Below the pieces are notes generated by a model, which was given only the letters and a program-made list of their open reading frames with translations, searched no databases and was not told the origin of the DNA. This document shows positions 18,957-28,657 of a DNA stretch of 64,000 nucleotides, one piece after another. Within the stretch, counting starts at the first letter, position 1, and each line of letters opens with the position of its first letter. A program made the translations under genes and the position numbers. This DNA is from Armatimonadota bacterium (GTDB lineage Bacteria; Armatimonadota; UBA5829; DSUL01), in contig JBDHZC010000004.1 of the NCBI GenBank assembly GCA_039811685.1, forward strand, positions 160,001 through 224,000, read 5' to 3'.

Positions 18957-19041
18957 ACCCTTTTCAGTCATACGTTTGACAGCCTCCTTTCTGTGCGTGG
19001 TATGGAACAAGCTGATGAGTCCCCTCGATGGATAGTTTCTT

Positions 19042-19302
19042 ATGACACTACTGCGACGTATGGTTATGCCGATTCTTCTCCTACTCTCAGTCACGGAGCC
19101 CGCGCGCGCCGCGTCACAGGCTGTCACTGAGCCAGGCGGGTTCCTGACTCTGAGTGTCGGTCTGGGTTTTTTCGCCTGCTTCGTCTGGAAATCCCGGAGA
19201 GCTGTCGAGCCCTGCGAAAACGTGATTGATGCGCGTGATCTGTTTGCAGGACAAAATGCGGACGAACTTTTCGAAGATGGAGAGTCGCACCGCGTAGCAT
19301 AA
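19042..19302 (+). CDS. Small membrane protein with signal peptide and PEP-CTERM-like segment
   Basis: Signal peptide ending ARA, then VTEPGGFLTLSVGLGFFACFVWKSRR (xEP, TM helix, basic cluster), then an acidic tail. Confidence 0.5.
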   Translation: MTLLRRMVMPILLLLSVTEPARAASQAVTEPGGFLTLSVGLGFFACFVWKSRRAVEPCENVIDARDLFAGQNADELFEDGESHRVA

Positions 19303-19416
19303 CGTGTGAGGGAGTTGCAGAGCGTTTCTGAAATATCTGGGGAGTCTACCACCGAGAAACAGCCGCTCTCTGCTTCGGCTTCAGACTCTCAGAGTGCTGT
19401 TGAGGAGTCCTGTCGT

Positions 19417-19623
19417 CCTGCGGTCCACCTGATGCTCTTCACGCACCGGGCGCTTGCAACTCTGCTGTGAAGCGCCGGCTTCGAAGTTGTGTCCTCCGGG
19501 AGCATCCTGACAGACCCGCTGCCCGATCGTTTTGTGGATCGTCTGAGGTGGCTGAAGCGCCGCCTGACCGGACACCGCCGGTATAAAGGTGGCCTATGGA
19601 TTCTCGGGCGGTTGCCGGACTGA
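19417..19623 (+). pseudogene. 3' remnant of a class I SAM-dependent methyltransferase with an internal stop
   Basis: Frame 1 reads PAVHLMLFTHRALATLL*SAGFEVV...GGLWILGRLPD*, the HLxxFxxxxLxxLLxxAGFxVV pattern of Methyltransf_23-type C-termini. TGA at 19468-19470; no SAM-binding N-terminus upstream. Confidence 0.5.
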
Positions 19624-19626
19624 TCC

Positions 19627-20004
19627 TCAGGCCAGTCTGACGGCTCCATTGTAGACTTCTTCGACGTGTACGACGACGGCGGCAACGGGCGGGTACTGCG
19701 GGTCTATCCAGTTCGGCAGATCGTCGAACACTTCCCCGCTTGTCATATACTCCAGCCGCCCGTATATCTGGTAGGAATTGTAGTCTGTTGTCAGAAACAG
19801 CACCGAGGCCAGACTGCCGTTGGCAATGTTTGCCCGGGTCTTGTGGAAACTGGAGTCCGAAATCACAAAACGGCAGGCATCCAGAAGCTTGATTGCGCCG
19901 ACGTAGATGGCGTTTGGCTGCCCGGAATCACTTACGGTGGCCAGCACTGCCGGGCCTTCGCGTTGATCCCACGCTTTGATTACTGTCTCTGGCAAATCGG
20001 GCAT
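19627..20004 (-). CDS. Pyridoxamine 5'-phosphate oxidase-like FMN-binding protein
   Basis: LATVSDSGQPN...KTRANI...SYQIYG split-barrel pattern; GGGAGA RBS. Confidence 0.85.
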   Translation of the reverse strand: MPDLPETVIKAWDQREGPAVLATVSDSGQPNAIYVGAIKLLDACRFVISDSSFHKTRANIANGSLASVLFLTTDYNSYQIYGRLEYMTSGEVFDDLPNWIDPQYPPVAAVVVHVEEVYNGAVRLA

Positions 20005-20057
20005 AGTCGTTCTCCCTGAACTCAGCTTCCCTTTCTTGGCAGCTCATTGGATGTCCT

Positions 20058-20093
20058 TTGCGAACATGCCGTCATTTGTGATACATTTCTCAA
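20058..20093 (+). promoter_or_regulatory. Putative nuo promoter overlapped by a Rex-like operator
   Basis: TTGCGA(20058-63), 18 nt, then TGn-TACATT (20082-87). TTGTGATACATTTCTCAA (20076-20093) matches Rex TTGTGAA-N4-TTCACAA at 12 of 14 conserved positions. Confidence 0.55.
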
Positions 20094-20312
20094 GTTCAGC
20101 GATGCCGTGGTATCATCGCTCGGAACCGTAGCGGTATTGAGCCAGACTCCGCTTCGCAGACGTCTCTGTCAGGATGTCGCGCAGTCATTGCGTGGAAGCC
20201 TCTTGCAGCTTGGCGCTAAGGCGGAGGAATGGGCTATGCTGTACGGGTTAGCGTCAGCCGCTCAGTTAACTGTCCGTGCTCAGGTCGGACAGAGCCAGGG
20301 AGATTCAGTTTT

Positions 20313-20897
20313 ATGGCAGCCTCACACGAAGCGGGTCCGGGGATCGTCTTTTCCACTGTTGACAAGGTTGCGAAGTGGGCTCAGAGTTCGTCCATCTGGC
20401 CGTTCTCTTTCGGACTTGCCTGTTGCGCAATTGAAATGATGTCCACTGTGGCCGGCCGCTTTGACATCGCCAGATTCGGAGCGGAGGTGTTTCGATCCTC
20501 GCCGCGCCAGGCGGACCTTATGATTGTCGCCGGACGCGTCTCGATGAAGATGGGTCCGGTTATTAAGCGCCTTTACGATCAGATGCCTGACCCGAAGTGG
20601 GTCATTGCGATGGGCGCGTGCGCTTCGACCGGAGGAGTGTTCAACAACTACGCCATCATTCAGGGTGTGGACAAAGTCATCCCTGTGGATGTCTTCGTTC
20701 CAGGATGTCCACCAAATCCGGATGCTCTCCTTTACGCGATCACCAAGCTTCAGGACAAAATCAGAGCGGGTGAGGCGCAGCCGGGGAGCAAAATTCTCCT
20801 TCCACCTGATGTCGACCGGACAGCCATCCGGCCCAAACCCGCCTTTGTCTCCGCCGAAGGAATGGAGAGCGAGGAATACCTGTCTCGCAAGGTCTGA
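20313..20897 (+). CDS. nuoB: NADH-quinone oxidoreductase subunit B
   Basis: [29 protein letters not shown] and PGCPP motifs (cluster N2 ligands); ATG 20313. Confidence 0.96.
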   Translation: MAASHEAGPGIVFSTVDKVAKWAQSSSIWPFSFGLACCAIEMMSTVAGRFDIARFGAEVFRSSPRQADLMIVAGRVSMKMGPVIKRLYDQMPDPKWVIAMGACASTGGVFNNYAIIQGVDKVIPVDVFVPGCPPNPDALLYAITKLQDKIRAGEAQPGSKILLPPDVDRTAIRPKPAFVSAEGMESEEYLSRKV

Positions 20898-20933
20898 TCA
20901 CTCTCTGTTCATAGGTGACTGCTCTCGCAGGAC

Positions 20934-22730
20934 TTGCCTCAGACTCACACGATGCAAAAAGAAGAAACGCGAAAGATATTTGAAGACGCCAGGCTGAAAT
21001 TTGGCGAAGATGTGGCCTTTTCCGACAGACCTGCTGAGGAAGGGTCCATCGTTGTCCAGCCGTCCCGGATCAAGGAGTTCAGCCGTTGGCTGCGCGACGA
21101 CCTCAAGTTTGATTTCTATTCTGAGGTCGGCGGTGCGGACTTTATGTTCCAGAACCCGCGCTACTCTCTGACCTACACGCTTTTCTCCACCAAAGAGCGC
21201 AAGCACATCCACTACAAAGTTCTGCTGGATGAAGACGAGCCGCGCGTGGACACTATCAGCGATGTTTACGCCGGAGCGAACTGGCACGAGCGCGAAATTT
21301 TCGATATGTTCGGCATCACTTTTGACGGCCATCCGGATTTGCGCCGACTTCTGATGCCGGACTACTGGCGCGGCCATCCGCTGCGCAAAGACTACGACAT
21401 TGGCGGGGAGTCCGTTCAGTTTTCTGCTAATTTTGCGGATGTTACGCCCCAGACGCTACCCGCTCCGCCAGATGAAGAAGTCTTTCTCGGGTGGGATCGC
21501 CTGGAGACTCAACCGAGCTCCTACACACAGCTTCTCGACTCTGGCGCTGAGCTGGAGGATGCCGGCGAAGGCAGGATGATCATCAACATGGGGCCACAGC
21601 ATCCGAGCACGCATGGGGTGTTGCGGCTGCTGGTTGAGCTGGATGGTGAGAACGTCATCACAACCCTGCCGGATATCGGCTATCTGCATACGGGCATTGA
21701 AAAGACTGCTGAAAGCCTCAATTTCAACCAGGCGCTGACTCTGACAGATCGGATGGACTATCTGTCGCCGCTTGGCAACAATCTGGCGTTTTCCCTGTCC
21801 ACTGAGCGGCTGCTGGGCATAACGATTCCGCGTCGCGCTCAAGTGCTGCGCGTGATTCTGGCCGAGCTCACGAGGATTCAGAGTCACCTCGTCTGGCTCG
21901 CTACACACGGGTTGGATCTCGGAGCGATGAGCGCGTTCTTCTACTGCTTCCGTGAGCGCGATCAGATTCTGGACCTTTTTGAGACCGCTTCCGGCGTACG
22001 GATGATGACAAGCTACATCTGTCCAGGGGGCCTGAGAGAAGACATCCCACCTGAGTTTATGCCCATGCTGCAAAGCTTCATGGACATTTTCCAGAGCAGA
22101 GTTGATGAGTACGAAGTGCTCCTCACCAAGAACCCCATATGGCTGGAGCGTACGCAGGGAGTAGGCAAGATCAGCGTGGAGGACGCGCTTTCCTATGGCG
22201 TCAGCGGGCCGAGTCTGCGCGCTTCAGGGATCGACTGGGATATGCGCAAGGTCGAGCCCTACAGTGGTTACGAAGAGTACGATTTTGACGTCCCTGTCGG
22301 GTCACACGGTGACGTCTATGACCGCTACCTTTGCCGGGTTGAAGAGATGCGTCAGAGCCACCGGATTATCGCTCAGGCGATTAAGAAATTGGAGCCGGGG
22401 CCGGTGGGAGCAGACGAGCGGCGCGTACTGTCACCACACAAAATTGAAATTGGCAACAGTATGGAAAGCCTGATTCACCACTTTCTGTTGACGACAATCG
22501 GGTTCACGGCGCCCCCGGGTGAGGGGCATGTGCCAACGGAGACCGGGCGCGGGCTGCTCTCGTTCTACATGATTGGAGATGGTTCGCCGAAGCCTTACCG
22601 AATGCGTGCGCGAACGCCCTCGTTCAGCAACCTCCAGGCGCTCCCGCTGATGATGCAGGGAGGGCTGGTGGCGGATGCCGTGGCGACAATTGGCAGCATC
22701 GACATCGTTCTGGGAGAGATTGACCGCTAG
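20934..22730 (+). CDS. nuoCD: Fused NADH-quinone oxidoreductase subunit C/D
   Basis: NuoC motif WHEREIFDMFGITFDGHPDLRR...GHPLRKDY is fused to NuoD motifs GPQHPSTHGVLRL, GYLH, RMDY and DIVLGEIDR. The start could be ATG 20952. Confidence 0.95.
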   Translation: MPQTHTMQKEETRKIFEDARLKFGEDVAFSDRPAEEGSIVVQPSRIKEFSRWLRDDLKFDFYSEVGGADFMFQNPRYSLTYTLFSTKERKHIHYKVLLDEDEPRVDTISDVYAGANWHEREIFDMFGITFDGHPDLRRLLMPDYWRGHPLRKDYDIGGESVQFSANFADVTPQTLPAPPDEEVFLGWDRLETQPSSYTQLLDSGAELEDAGEGRMIINMGPQHPSTHGVLRLLVELDGENVITTLPDIGYLHTGIEKTAESLNFNQALTLTDRMDYLSPLGNNLAFSLSTERLLGITIPRRAQVLRVILAELTRIQSHLVWLATHGLDLGAMSAFFYCFRERDQILDLFETASGVRMMTSYICPGGLREDIPPEFMPMLQSFMDIFQSRVDEYEVLLTKNPIWLERTQGVGKISVEDALSYGVSGPSLRASGIDWDMRKVEPYSGYEEYDFDVPVGSHGDVYDRYLCRVEEMRQSHRIIAQAIKKLEPGPVGADERRVLSPHKIEIGNSMESLIHHFLLTTIGFTAPPGEGHVPTETGRGLLSFYMIGDGSPKPYRMRARTPSFSNLQALPLMMQGGLVADAVATIGSIDIVLGEIDR

Positions 22731-22819
22731 CGAAGCGATTGGAAGGAGCAAGCGCTGTTTGTGAGGTGAGTCAGGTGCGCAACCCTCTCAACTTCTCAAC
22801 ACTCAGCTCAAAGAGATAA

Positions 22820-24901
22820 ATGTCTGATCTAGTTACTCTGACAATTGATGGCCAGCAGATTCAAACCGCCCCGAATACGCTGCTTGTTGAAGCGGCCGCG
22901 CAGCTTGGAATTCTGGTGCCAGTTTACTGCTACCACCCGAAGCTGGCGCCTATTGGCGCGTGCCGTATGTGCCTGGTCGAAATTGAGGGCATGCCCAAGC
23001 TCACGCCAAGTTGCACGACACCCGTCAAAGAGGGCATGGTGGTTCACACGCAGAACGCCCGCGTGGAAAAAGCGCGCCGGGGGATGCTGGAGTTTCTGCT
23101 CATTCACCACCCTCTGGACTGTCCGGTCTGCGACAAAGGCGGTGAGTGCCCGCTGCAGGACTACACCTATGAGTTTGGTCCGCGCAAAACACGTTTCCGC
23201 TATCCAAAGCGCCACTGGGACAAACCACTTCAGATAGGCAAGAACATACTGCTGGATCGCGAGCGCTGCATCATGTGCCTGCGCTGCGTCCGTTTCTGTG
23301 AAGAGATTTCCGACCATCAGCAGATTGGCGTTTTTGAGCGCGGACATAGCCAGTGCATAGGGACTGTGCCCGGTCACTCCTTCGATAGCCAGTTCTCCGG
23401 TAACACCATCGAGCTTTGTCCGGTTGGGGCGCTGACTGGCGCTCCCACGCGTTTCTTTGGACGCACGTGGGAGATTCAGCATACACCCAGCATTTGTACA
23501 GGTTGCGCTGCAGGCTGCAATATCCGTATAGATCACCGTCAGCAGAGGGACGTGGTCCGGCTTTGGAGCCGGGAGAACAAGCACACGGATGACGGTTGGT
23601 TGTGTGATCGTGGGCGATTTGGCTACGAATTTGTAAACCAGGATCGCCTGAAGGATTTCAAGATTCTGCAAGATGGGCAGCTTGTGGATGCCACGACTCA
23701 GCAGGCGACGGTAAAGGCGGCCTCCATCCTCAGCAAGCACGCAAACTCCGGCAGTCTGGGAGTACTGGCCTCTCCCATTCTGACGAATGAAGAGTTGTAC
23801 GCGGTTGAATGGCTCACGCGTTCTGTTCTTCAGACCAGCAGCATTGATCATACCGCATCTGCCGTCAATCCCCAGGCCGTACAACTTCACAGCGTTGTGC
23901 GTGAAGCCGGGTTTAGATCCGGAGTTTTGACGGATATTGATGAGGCTGCTCAGATTGTCACGATTGGCGTTGATCTGTCCAACGATCAGCCGATTACGGA
24001 GCTGCGCGTCAAGAAAGCTCTGTTCCAGCGAAAAGCACAGCTCGTCAGCCTCTATCCGGAGACCATTGAACTCGGCCGCTACACCGAGCACAACCTGATC
24101 TATGAGCCCGGACAAGAGGCTTCCGTTGTCGCTTCTCTGGCTGCGGCGGTGCGCTCCGGAGGCGGCGAGGGCGTTGTGGGTCAGGCGGCCAGACTGCTCT
24201 CCTCTGAAGCGCCCAAAGCTGTGATTGTCGGCTGGAAACTGCAGGGTCTGAGTGACTTTTCTGCGCTTGCGAAAGCCCTGGGTGAGCTGGCTTCCGCGCT
24301 TGGGCCGGATGTGCCCTGCATCACGATTTATCCCAACTGCAACACGCGCGGTGCGCTGGATCTGGGCATTACGCCTGGCTGGCTACCTGGAGGTGTCGCT
24401 GCCACGGGCTCATCTGAGTCGGGAATGACGGGTATTCAGATACTGGAAGCTGCCCGAGATGGCCGCTTGAAAGCGCTGTGGGTGGTTGGGGCTGAGCCTC
24501 TGCTGGAAGCAGATCCGGAGCTTGTCAAGGCTGCTTTGGCTAATGTCGAGTTCATCTATCAGGGGTGGTCTTTGAGAGACGTGCCGGTTGATCCGGATGT
24601 CGTGCTGGCGAACGTGACATTCGCCGAGCAGGCTGGCACCTTCACCAACACGGATGGCCGGGTGCAGCGAATCTATCCGGCGGTCAAGCCCCACGGGCGG
24701 TCCCGGCCAGGGTGGCAGATTGTGGCTGACCTGGGAAGGGCGCTCGGAAAAACGTGGGAAGCCACCAGTGACCAGGAAGTTTTTGAGCAGATCAGGCAGG
24801 CCGTTCCCGCTTACAGTCAGATCAAATGGTCTGAAGTTGGGACATTGGGAGTGCAGTCTGGCGCTTCCGCTCCCCCGGCGATGGCAGGAGCAACTGGCTA
24901 A
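22820..24901 (+). CDS. nuoG: NADH-quinone oxidoreductase subunit G
   Basis: CYHP..GACRMCLVE, HHPLDCPVCDKGGEC, CIMCLRC...CPVGAL and N7 CTGCAAGC...LCDRGRFG; molybdopterin-fold C-terminus. Confidence 0.95.
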   Translation: MSDLVTLTIDGQQIQTAPNTLLVEAAAQLGILVPVYCYHPKLAPIGACRMCLVEIEGMPKLTPSCTTPVKEGMVVHTQNARVEKARRGMLEFLLIHHPLDCPVCDKGGECPLQDYTYEFGPRKTRFRYPKRHWDKPLQIGKNILLDRERCIMCLRCVRFCEEISDHQQIGVFERGHSQCIGTVPGHSFDSQFSGNTIELCPVGALTGAPTRFFGRTWEIQHTPSICTGCAAGCNIRIDHRQQRDVVRLWSRENKHTDDGWLCDRGRFGYEFVNQDRLKDFKILQDGQLVDATTQQATVKAASILSKHANSGSLGVLASPILTNEELYAVEWLTRSVLQTSSIDHTASAVNPQAVQLHSVVREAGFRSGVLTDIDEAAQIVTIGVDLSNDQPITELRVKKALFQRKAQLVSLYPETIELGRYTEHNLIYEPGQEASVVASLAAAVRSGGGEGVVGQAARLLSSEAPKAVIVGWKLQGLSDFSALAKALGELASALGPDVPCITIYPNCNTRGALDLGITPGWLPGGVAATGSSESGMTGIQILEAARDGRLKALWVVGAEPLLEADPELVKAALANVEFIYQGWSLRDVPVDPDVVLANVTFAEQAGTFTNTDGRVQRIYPAVKPHGRSRPGWQIVADLGRALGKTWEATSDQEVFEQIRQAVPAYSQIKWSEVGTLGVQSGASAPPAMAGATG

Positions 24902-24925
24902 GCAAGATTCGAGAGGTCCGTTGAA

Positions 24926-25378
24926 GTGATATCAGAGTTTATCAAGGGTCTGGGTATTACGCTTCTGCAGGTTATTCGGAAGCCAACCACTGTCAACTAC
25001 CCGGAAGAGAAACGCCCCACTGTGGCGCGCGCGCGCTGGCGTCATAAACTTCTCAGGCACGAAGATGGCCTTGAGCGGTGCATCGGATGCAGTCTGTGCG
25101 TGGGGGCTTGTCCGTCACATTGCATCACGGTTGTCGCCGCCGACAATACCGACGAAGACCGTCGATCTCCGGGAGAGCGCTATGCTGCCGTCTACGAGAT
25201 CAATATGCTGCGCTGCATCTTCTGCGGCTACTGCGAGGACGCATGTCCAACTGGCGCGATTATTCTGGGTCCAGATTTCGAGCTGGCCGACTATGATCGG
25301 GCAAGCTTCGTTTACGGCAAGGACAGGCTGCTGGTTCCTGCGCCCGGGGAGATTGCCCGGGTCAAGACCAGATTCTGA
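24926..25378 (+). CDS. nuoI: NADH-quinone oxidoreductase subunit I
   Basis: TVNYPEEK, CIGCSLCVGACP and CIFCGYCEDACP motifs. Confidence 0.95.
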   Translation: MISEFIKGLGITLLQVIRKPTTVNYPEEKRPTVARARWRHKLLRHEDGLERCIGCSLCVGACPSHCITVVAADNTDEDRRSPGERYAAVYEINMLRCIFCGYCEDACPTGAIILGPDFELADYDRASFVYGKDRLLVPAPGEIARVKTRF

Positions 25379-25707
25379 GAACCCATCTCTGTCCGTACCC
25401 GGGGGTAACCCGTGGCCTTCTTGAGCGAGCTTTCCTGCTGTGATTACCGCATATGCCGGACTTTGCCGCTGTACATGGGGTATCATTGCTATGCACGCCA
25501 CTTGTTACATAGACTGTCCCGCGCCAGTGTGTCGCTAACGCGCTTGCGAGTGCAGCGCGTATAAAATGCATAGTGCGTTTTACTGTGGAAGGATAAGCAG
25601 ATGAAACGCGCACTGCCTGTTCCAGTATAAATCAGGCGGTGCTACTTGCGCCTGGCAGGTTCTCGGCTCGAGCCTGCGGCGGGCGCCACTCTTAAAAGGA
25701 GTCTTTT

Positions 25708-26721
25708 ATGGCGATTACTCGCTCCGGCGCTCACACTGTTGAGCTGCTGGATAAGCTTCCGCGCGAAGAACACCTCGAAATGTACCGGATGATGGTACTG
25801 ATACGCCGCTTTGAGGAGATGGCCGGCAAGAAGTACATGGAAGCAGTCATCGGAGGCTTCTGCCACCTCTATATTGGTCAGGAGGCCGTCTGCGTTGGCA
25901 TTCAGTCTGTCCTCAGGCCGGATGACTACGCCATGGGCACATACCGCGAACATGGACAAGCGCTTGCAGCGGGAATGGACGCCAGGGCCATTATGGCCGA
26001 GCTTTTTGGTAAGGCAACTGGTGTCAGCAAAGGCAAAGGCGGGTCCATGCACCTCTTCGACAAATCGCGCAACTTCATGGGAGGAGATGCCATCGTCGGC
26101 GGCCACCTTCCGATTGCCGCTGGGGTCGGGCTGTCCATCAAATACCGGGCCGCGGATCAGGTCTGTGTTTGTTACTTCGGAGACGGGGCGGTCAACGAAG
26201 GAGCGTTCCACGAGGCGCTCAACATATCAGGGCTGTGGAAGCTTCCTGTCATCTACGTGTGTGAGAACAATCTCTATGGTATGGGGACGCAGGTGACGCG
26301 CGCTTCGGCCGTCCCGGACCTCAGCCGCCGGGTGAGTGGATACGGGATTGAGAGCGCGCACGTTGACGGGATGGACCTGCTGGCGGTGCGCAATCTTGCT
26401 GAGGTCGCTGTGCGTGAGTGCCGCAATGGCAATGGGCCTTACTTCATTGAAGCCAAGACCTACCGGTACCGTGGTCACTCGATGGCGGACCCGGCCACCT
26501 ATCGCTCCAAGGATGAGGTCGAGGAATGGCGTGTGCGAGATCCGATCAACCTCTTCGAGCGCCAGCTTCTTGACAAGGGTCTGATGAAAGATGCGGACGT
26601 GCAGAGAATTTCCTCAGAAGTTGATCAGTTGGTGGATGAGTGTGTCCAGTTTGCGGAGGAGTCCCCTGCGCCCAGTCCGGACGCCCTCTATGAGTATGTT
26701 TACGCTTCGGAGGAAATCTAG
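25708..26721 (+). CDS. pdhA: Pyruvate dehydrogenase E1 alpha
   Basis: GFCHLYIGQEA, GKGGSMH, TPP-binding GDGA...ENN and TYRYRGHSMADP motifs. Confidence 0.93.
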   Translation: MAITRSGAHTVELLDKLPREEHLEMYRMMVLIRRFEEMAGKKYMEAVIGGFCHLYIGQEAVCVGIQSVLRPDDYAMGTYREHGQALAAGMDARAIMAELFGKATGVSKGKGGSMHLFDKSRNFMGGDAIVGGHLPIAAGVGLSIKYRAADQVCVCYFGDGAVNEGAFHEALNISGLWKLPVIYVCENNLYGMGTQVTRASAVPDLSRRVSGYGIESAHVDGMDLLAVRNLAEVAVRECRNGNGPYFIEAKTYRYRGHSMADPATYRSKDEVEEWRVRDPINLFERQLLDKGLMKDADVQRISSEVDQLVDECVQFAEESPAPSPDALYEYVYASEEI

Positions 26722-26724
26722 CTC

Positions 26725-27705
26725 ATGCCCACAATGTCCATTAAGCAGGCTCTGAACGAGGCTTTGCGTGAAGAAATGCGCGCCGATCCGGATGTCTTCA
26801 TCATGGGAGAAGAGGTTGCGGAGTATCAGGGCGCATACAAAGTGACTGAGGGGCTGCTGGCCGAGTTTGGCTCCAAGCGTGTCATTGACACTCCGATCTC
26901 TGAGGAAGTTATTGTGGGCGCGGGAGTTGGCGCCGCGATGGCAGGACTCAAGCCTGTTGTCGAGATGATGACCATCAACTTCGCGTTGCTGGCACTGGAC
27001 CAGATCGTCAACCACGCCGCCAAGTACTATTATATGTCCGGCGGACAGTACAACATTCCTCTGGTTGTGCGCGCAGCAAGCGGGGTAGGGCTTCAGCTGG
27101 GAGCGCAGCACTCACAAAACTTTGAAAGCTGGTTTGTGCACGTTCCAGGTTTGAAAGTCGTGCTGCCCGCGACTTCACGCGACGCTAAGGGTCTGCTCAA
27201 ATCGGCTATCCGAGACCCGGACCCGGTGATCTTTCTTGAGCACGAACTCATTTATCTCAACAAGAGCGAAGTACCGGATGGGGATTTTACCGTCCCTTTG
27301 GGGGTAGCTGATGTAAAGCGCGAAGGAACCGACGTGACTATCATCACCTATTCCAGAATGGTATTGTTCGCGTTGAAAGCAGCGGAACGCCTGGCTAAGG
27401 AAGGGATATCCGTTGAAGTGATTGATCTGCGCACTTTGCGTCCGCTGGATACCCGGACGGTGATCGACAGTGTGAAGAAGACGCATCGCGCTGTGGTGGC
27501 CGAAGAGGACTGGCCGATGTGTGGCATGGGAGCGGAGCTTATCGCTCAGATTCAGCAGGAAGCCTTCGACTACCTGGATGCGCCTGTTGAGCGAGTCTCT
27601 GGAGTTGATGTCCCGATGCCCTACGCAAAGAATCTCGAAAAGATGGCAGTTCCTGGAGAGGAAGAGCTGTACAGCGCGGTCAAGAGGGTGATGCAGGGAG
27701 TTTGA
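26725..27705 (+). CDS. pdhB: Pyruvate dehydrogenase E1 beta
   Basis: GEEV..YQGAYKVT, DTPISE, AQHSQ and DLRTLRPLD motifs. Confidence 0.93.
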   Translation: MPTMSIKQALNEALREEMRADPDVFIMGEEVAEYQGAYKVTEGLLAEFGSKRVIDTPISEEVIVGAGVGAAMAGLKPVVEMMTINFALLALDQIVNHAAKYYYMSGGQYNIPLVVRAASGVGLQLGAQHSQNFESWFVHVPGLKVVLPATSRDAKGLLKSAIRDPDPVIFLEHELIYLNKSEVPDGDFTVPLGVADVKREGTDVTIITYSRMVLFALKAAERLAKEGISVEVIDLRTLRPLDTRTVIDSVKKTHRAVVAEEDWPMCGMGAELIAQIQQEAFDYLDAPVERVSGVDVPMPYAKNLEKMAVPGEEELYSAVKRVMQGV

Positions 27706-27706
27706 A

Positions 27707-28645
27707 ATGAGTCAGTCCGTCATTCCGCTTGAAGCATTGAGTCTGCGGCCGGAGCCGAAGGCCTCTCGTGCGGCTGGATGCGGAGGTGGCGGCTCCTCCG
27801 CTATTCCGGTCGGAAACAAACCCTCATGGATGCGGGCGCGCGCGGTGTCCTTTGATGTTTACGACCACATGAAAGGCGCGCTCGGAGAGTTGCACACTGT
27901 CTGCGAGTCCGCCCGTTGCCCAAATCTGGGTGAGTGTTGGACTCGTGGGACCGCCACGTTCATGATTATGGGTGACGTGTGCACCCGATCCTGCCGCTTC
28001 TGCGCAGTCAAGACTGGACGCCCAGAGCCCCTGGACCCTGGCGAGCCTAGCCGCCTCGCTGAAGCTGCGCGCAGGATGAAACTGCGGCATGTGGTTATCA
28101 CCTCTGTCACGCGCGATGAGCTGCCTGATGGAGGCGCTTCCCATTTTGCGTCCTGCATTCAGGCTGTTTACGAAGCGATTCCCGGCGTTACCGTTGAGGT
28201 GCTCACGCCGGACTTTAAGGGCGCGTGGAGCGGTGTGGAGACTGTTCTGAGAGCCAGGCCGGCTATCTATAACCACAATCTGGAAACCGTGCGGCGTCTG
28301 ACGAAAAAGGTGCGCGTTCAGGCGCGCTATGATCGCTCTCTGGACGTGCTGCGCATGGCCTTTGAGATCGATCCCACGATCCCGACGAAAAGCGGAATTA
28401 TGCTCGGCCTCGGAGAAGAACTGGAAGAGATTCTGGAAACACTTCAGGACATGCGCCGGGTGGGGGTCAGCATTCTGACTCTCGGGCAATATCTGCGCCC
28501 ATCTGAGGACCATCTGCCCATCGAGCGCTGGGTGACGCCTGAGGAGTTCGACTGGCTGAAAGACGAAGGCTACAAGATGGGTTTCCGTCACGTTGTCAGC
28601 GGACCACTTGTGCGCTCATCCTACCACGCGGAGGAAGCCGTATAG
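27707..28645 (+). CDS. lipA: Lipoyl synthase
   Basis: CESARCPNLGEC (CX4CX5C), radical SAM CTRSCRFC and C-terminal RSSY motifs. Confidence 0.97.
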   Translation: MSQSVIPLEALSLRPEPKASRAAGCGGGGSSAIPVGNKPSWMRARAVSFDVYDHMKGALGELHTVCESARCPNLGECWTRGTATFMIMGDVCTRSCRFCAVKTGRPEPLDPGEPSRLAEAARRMKLRHVVITSVTRDELPDGGASHFASCIQAVYEAIPGVTVEVLTPDFKGAWSGVETVLRARPAIYNHNLETVRRLTKKVRVQARYDRSLDVLRMAFEIDPTIPTKSGIMLGLGEELEEILETLQDMRRVGVSILTLGQYLRPSEDHLPIERWVTPEEFDWLKDEGYKMGFRHVVSGPLVRSSYHAEEAV

Positions 28646-28657
28646 CTTTGCGTCGTA

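Noticed and set aside
19468..19470. Selenocysteine at the in-frame TGA
   Set aside because: The position is not a catalytic Cys site, the gene lacks its N-terminal half, and I see no convincing SECIS.
22829..24115. Long antisense ORFs (22829-24115; also 3387-4472, 56680-57723, 58237-59085, 60046-61149)
   Set aside because: They lie opposite well-supported genes and carry no motifs, as expected for shadow frames in GC-rich coding DNA.
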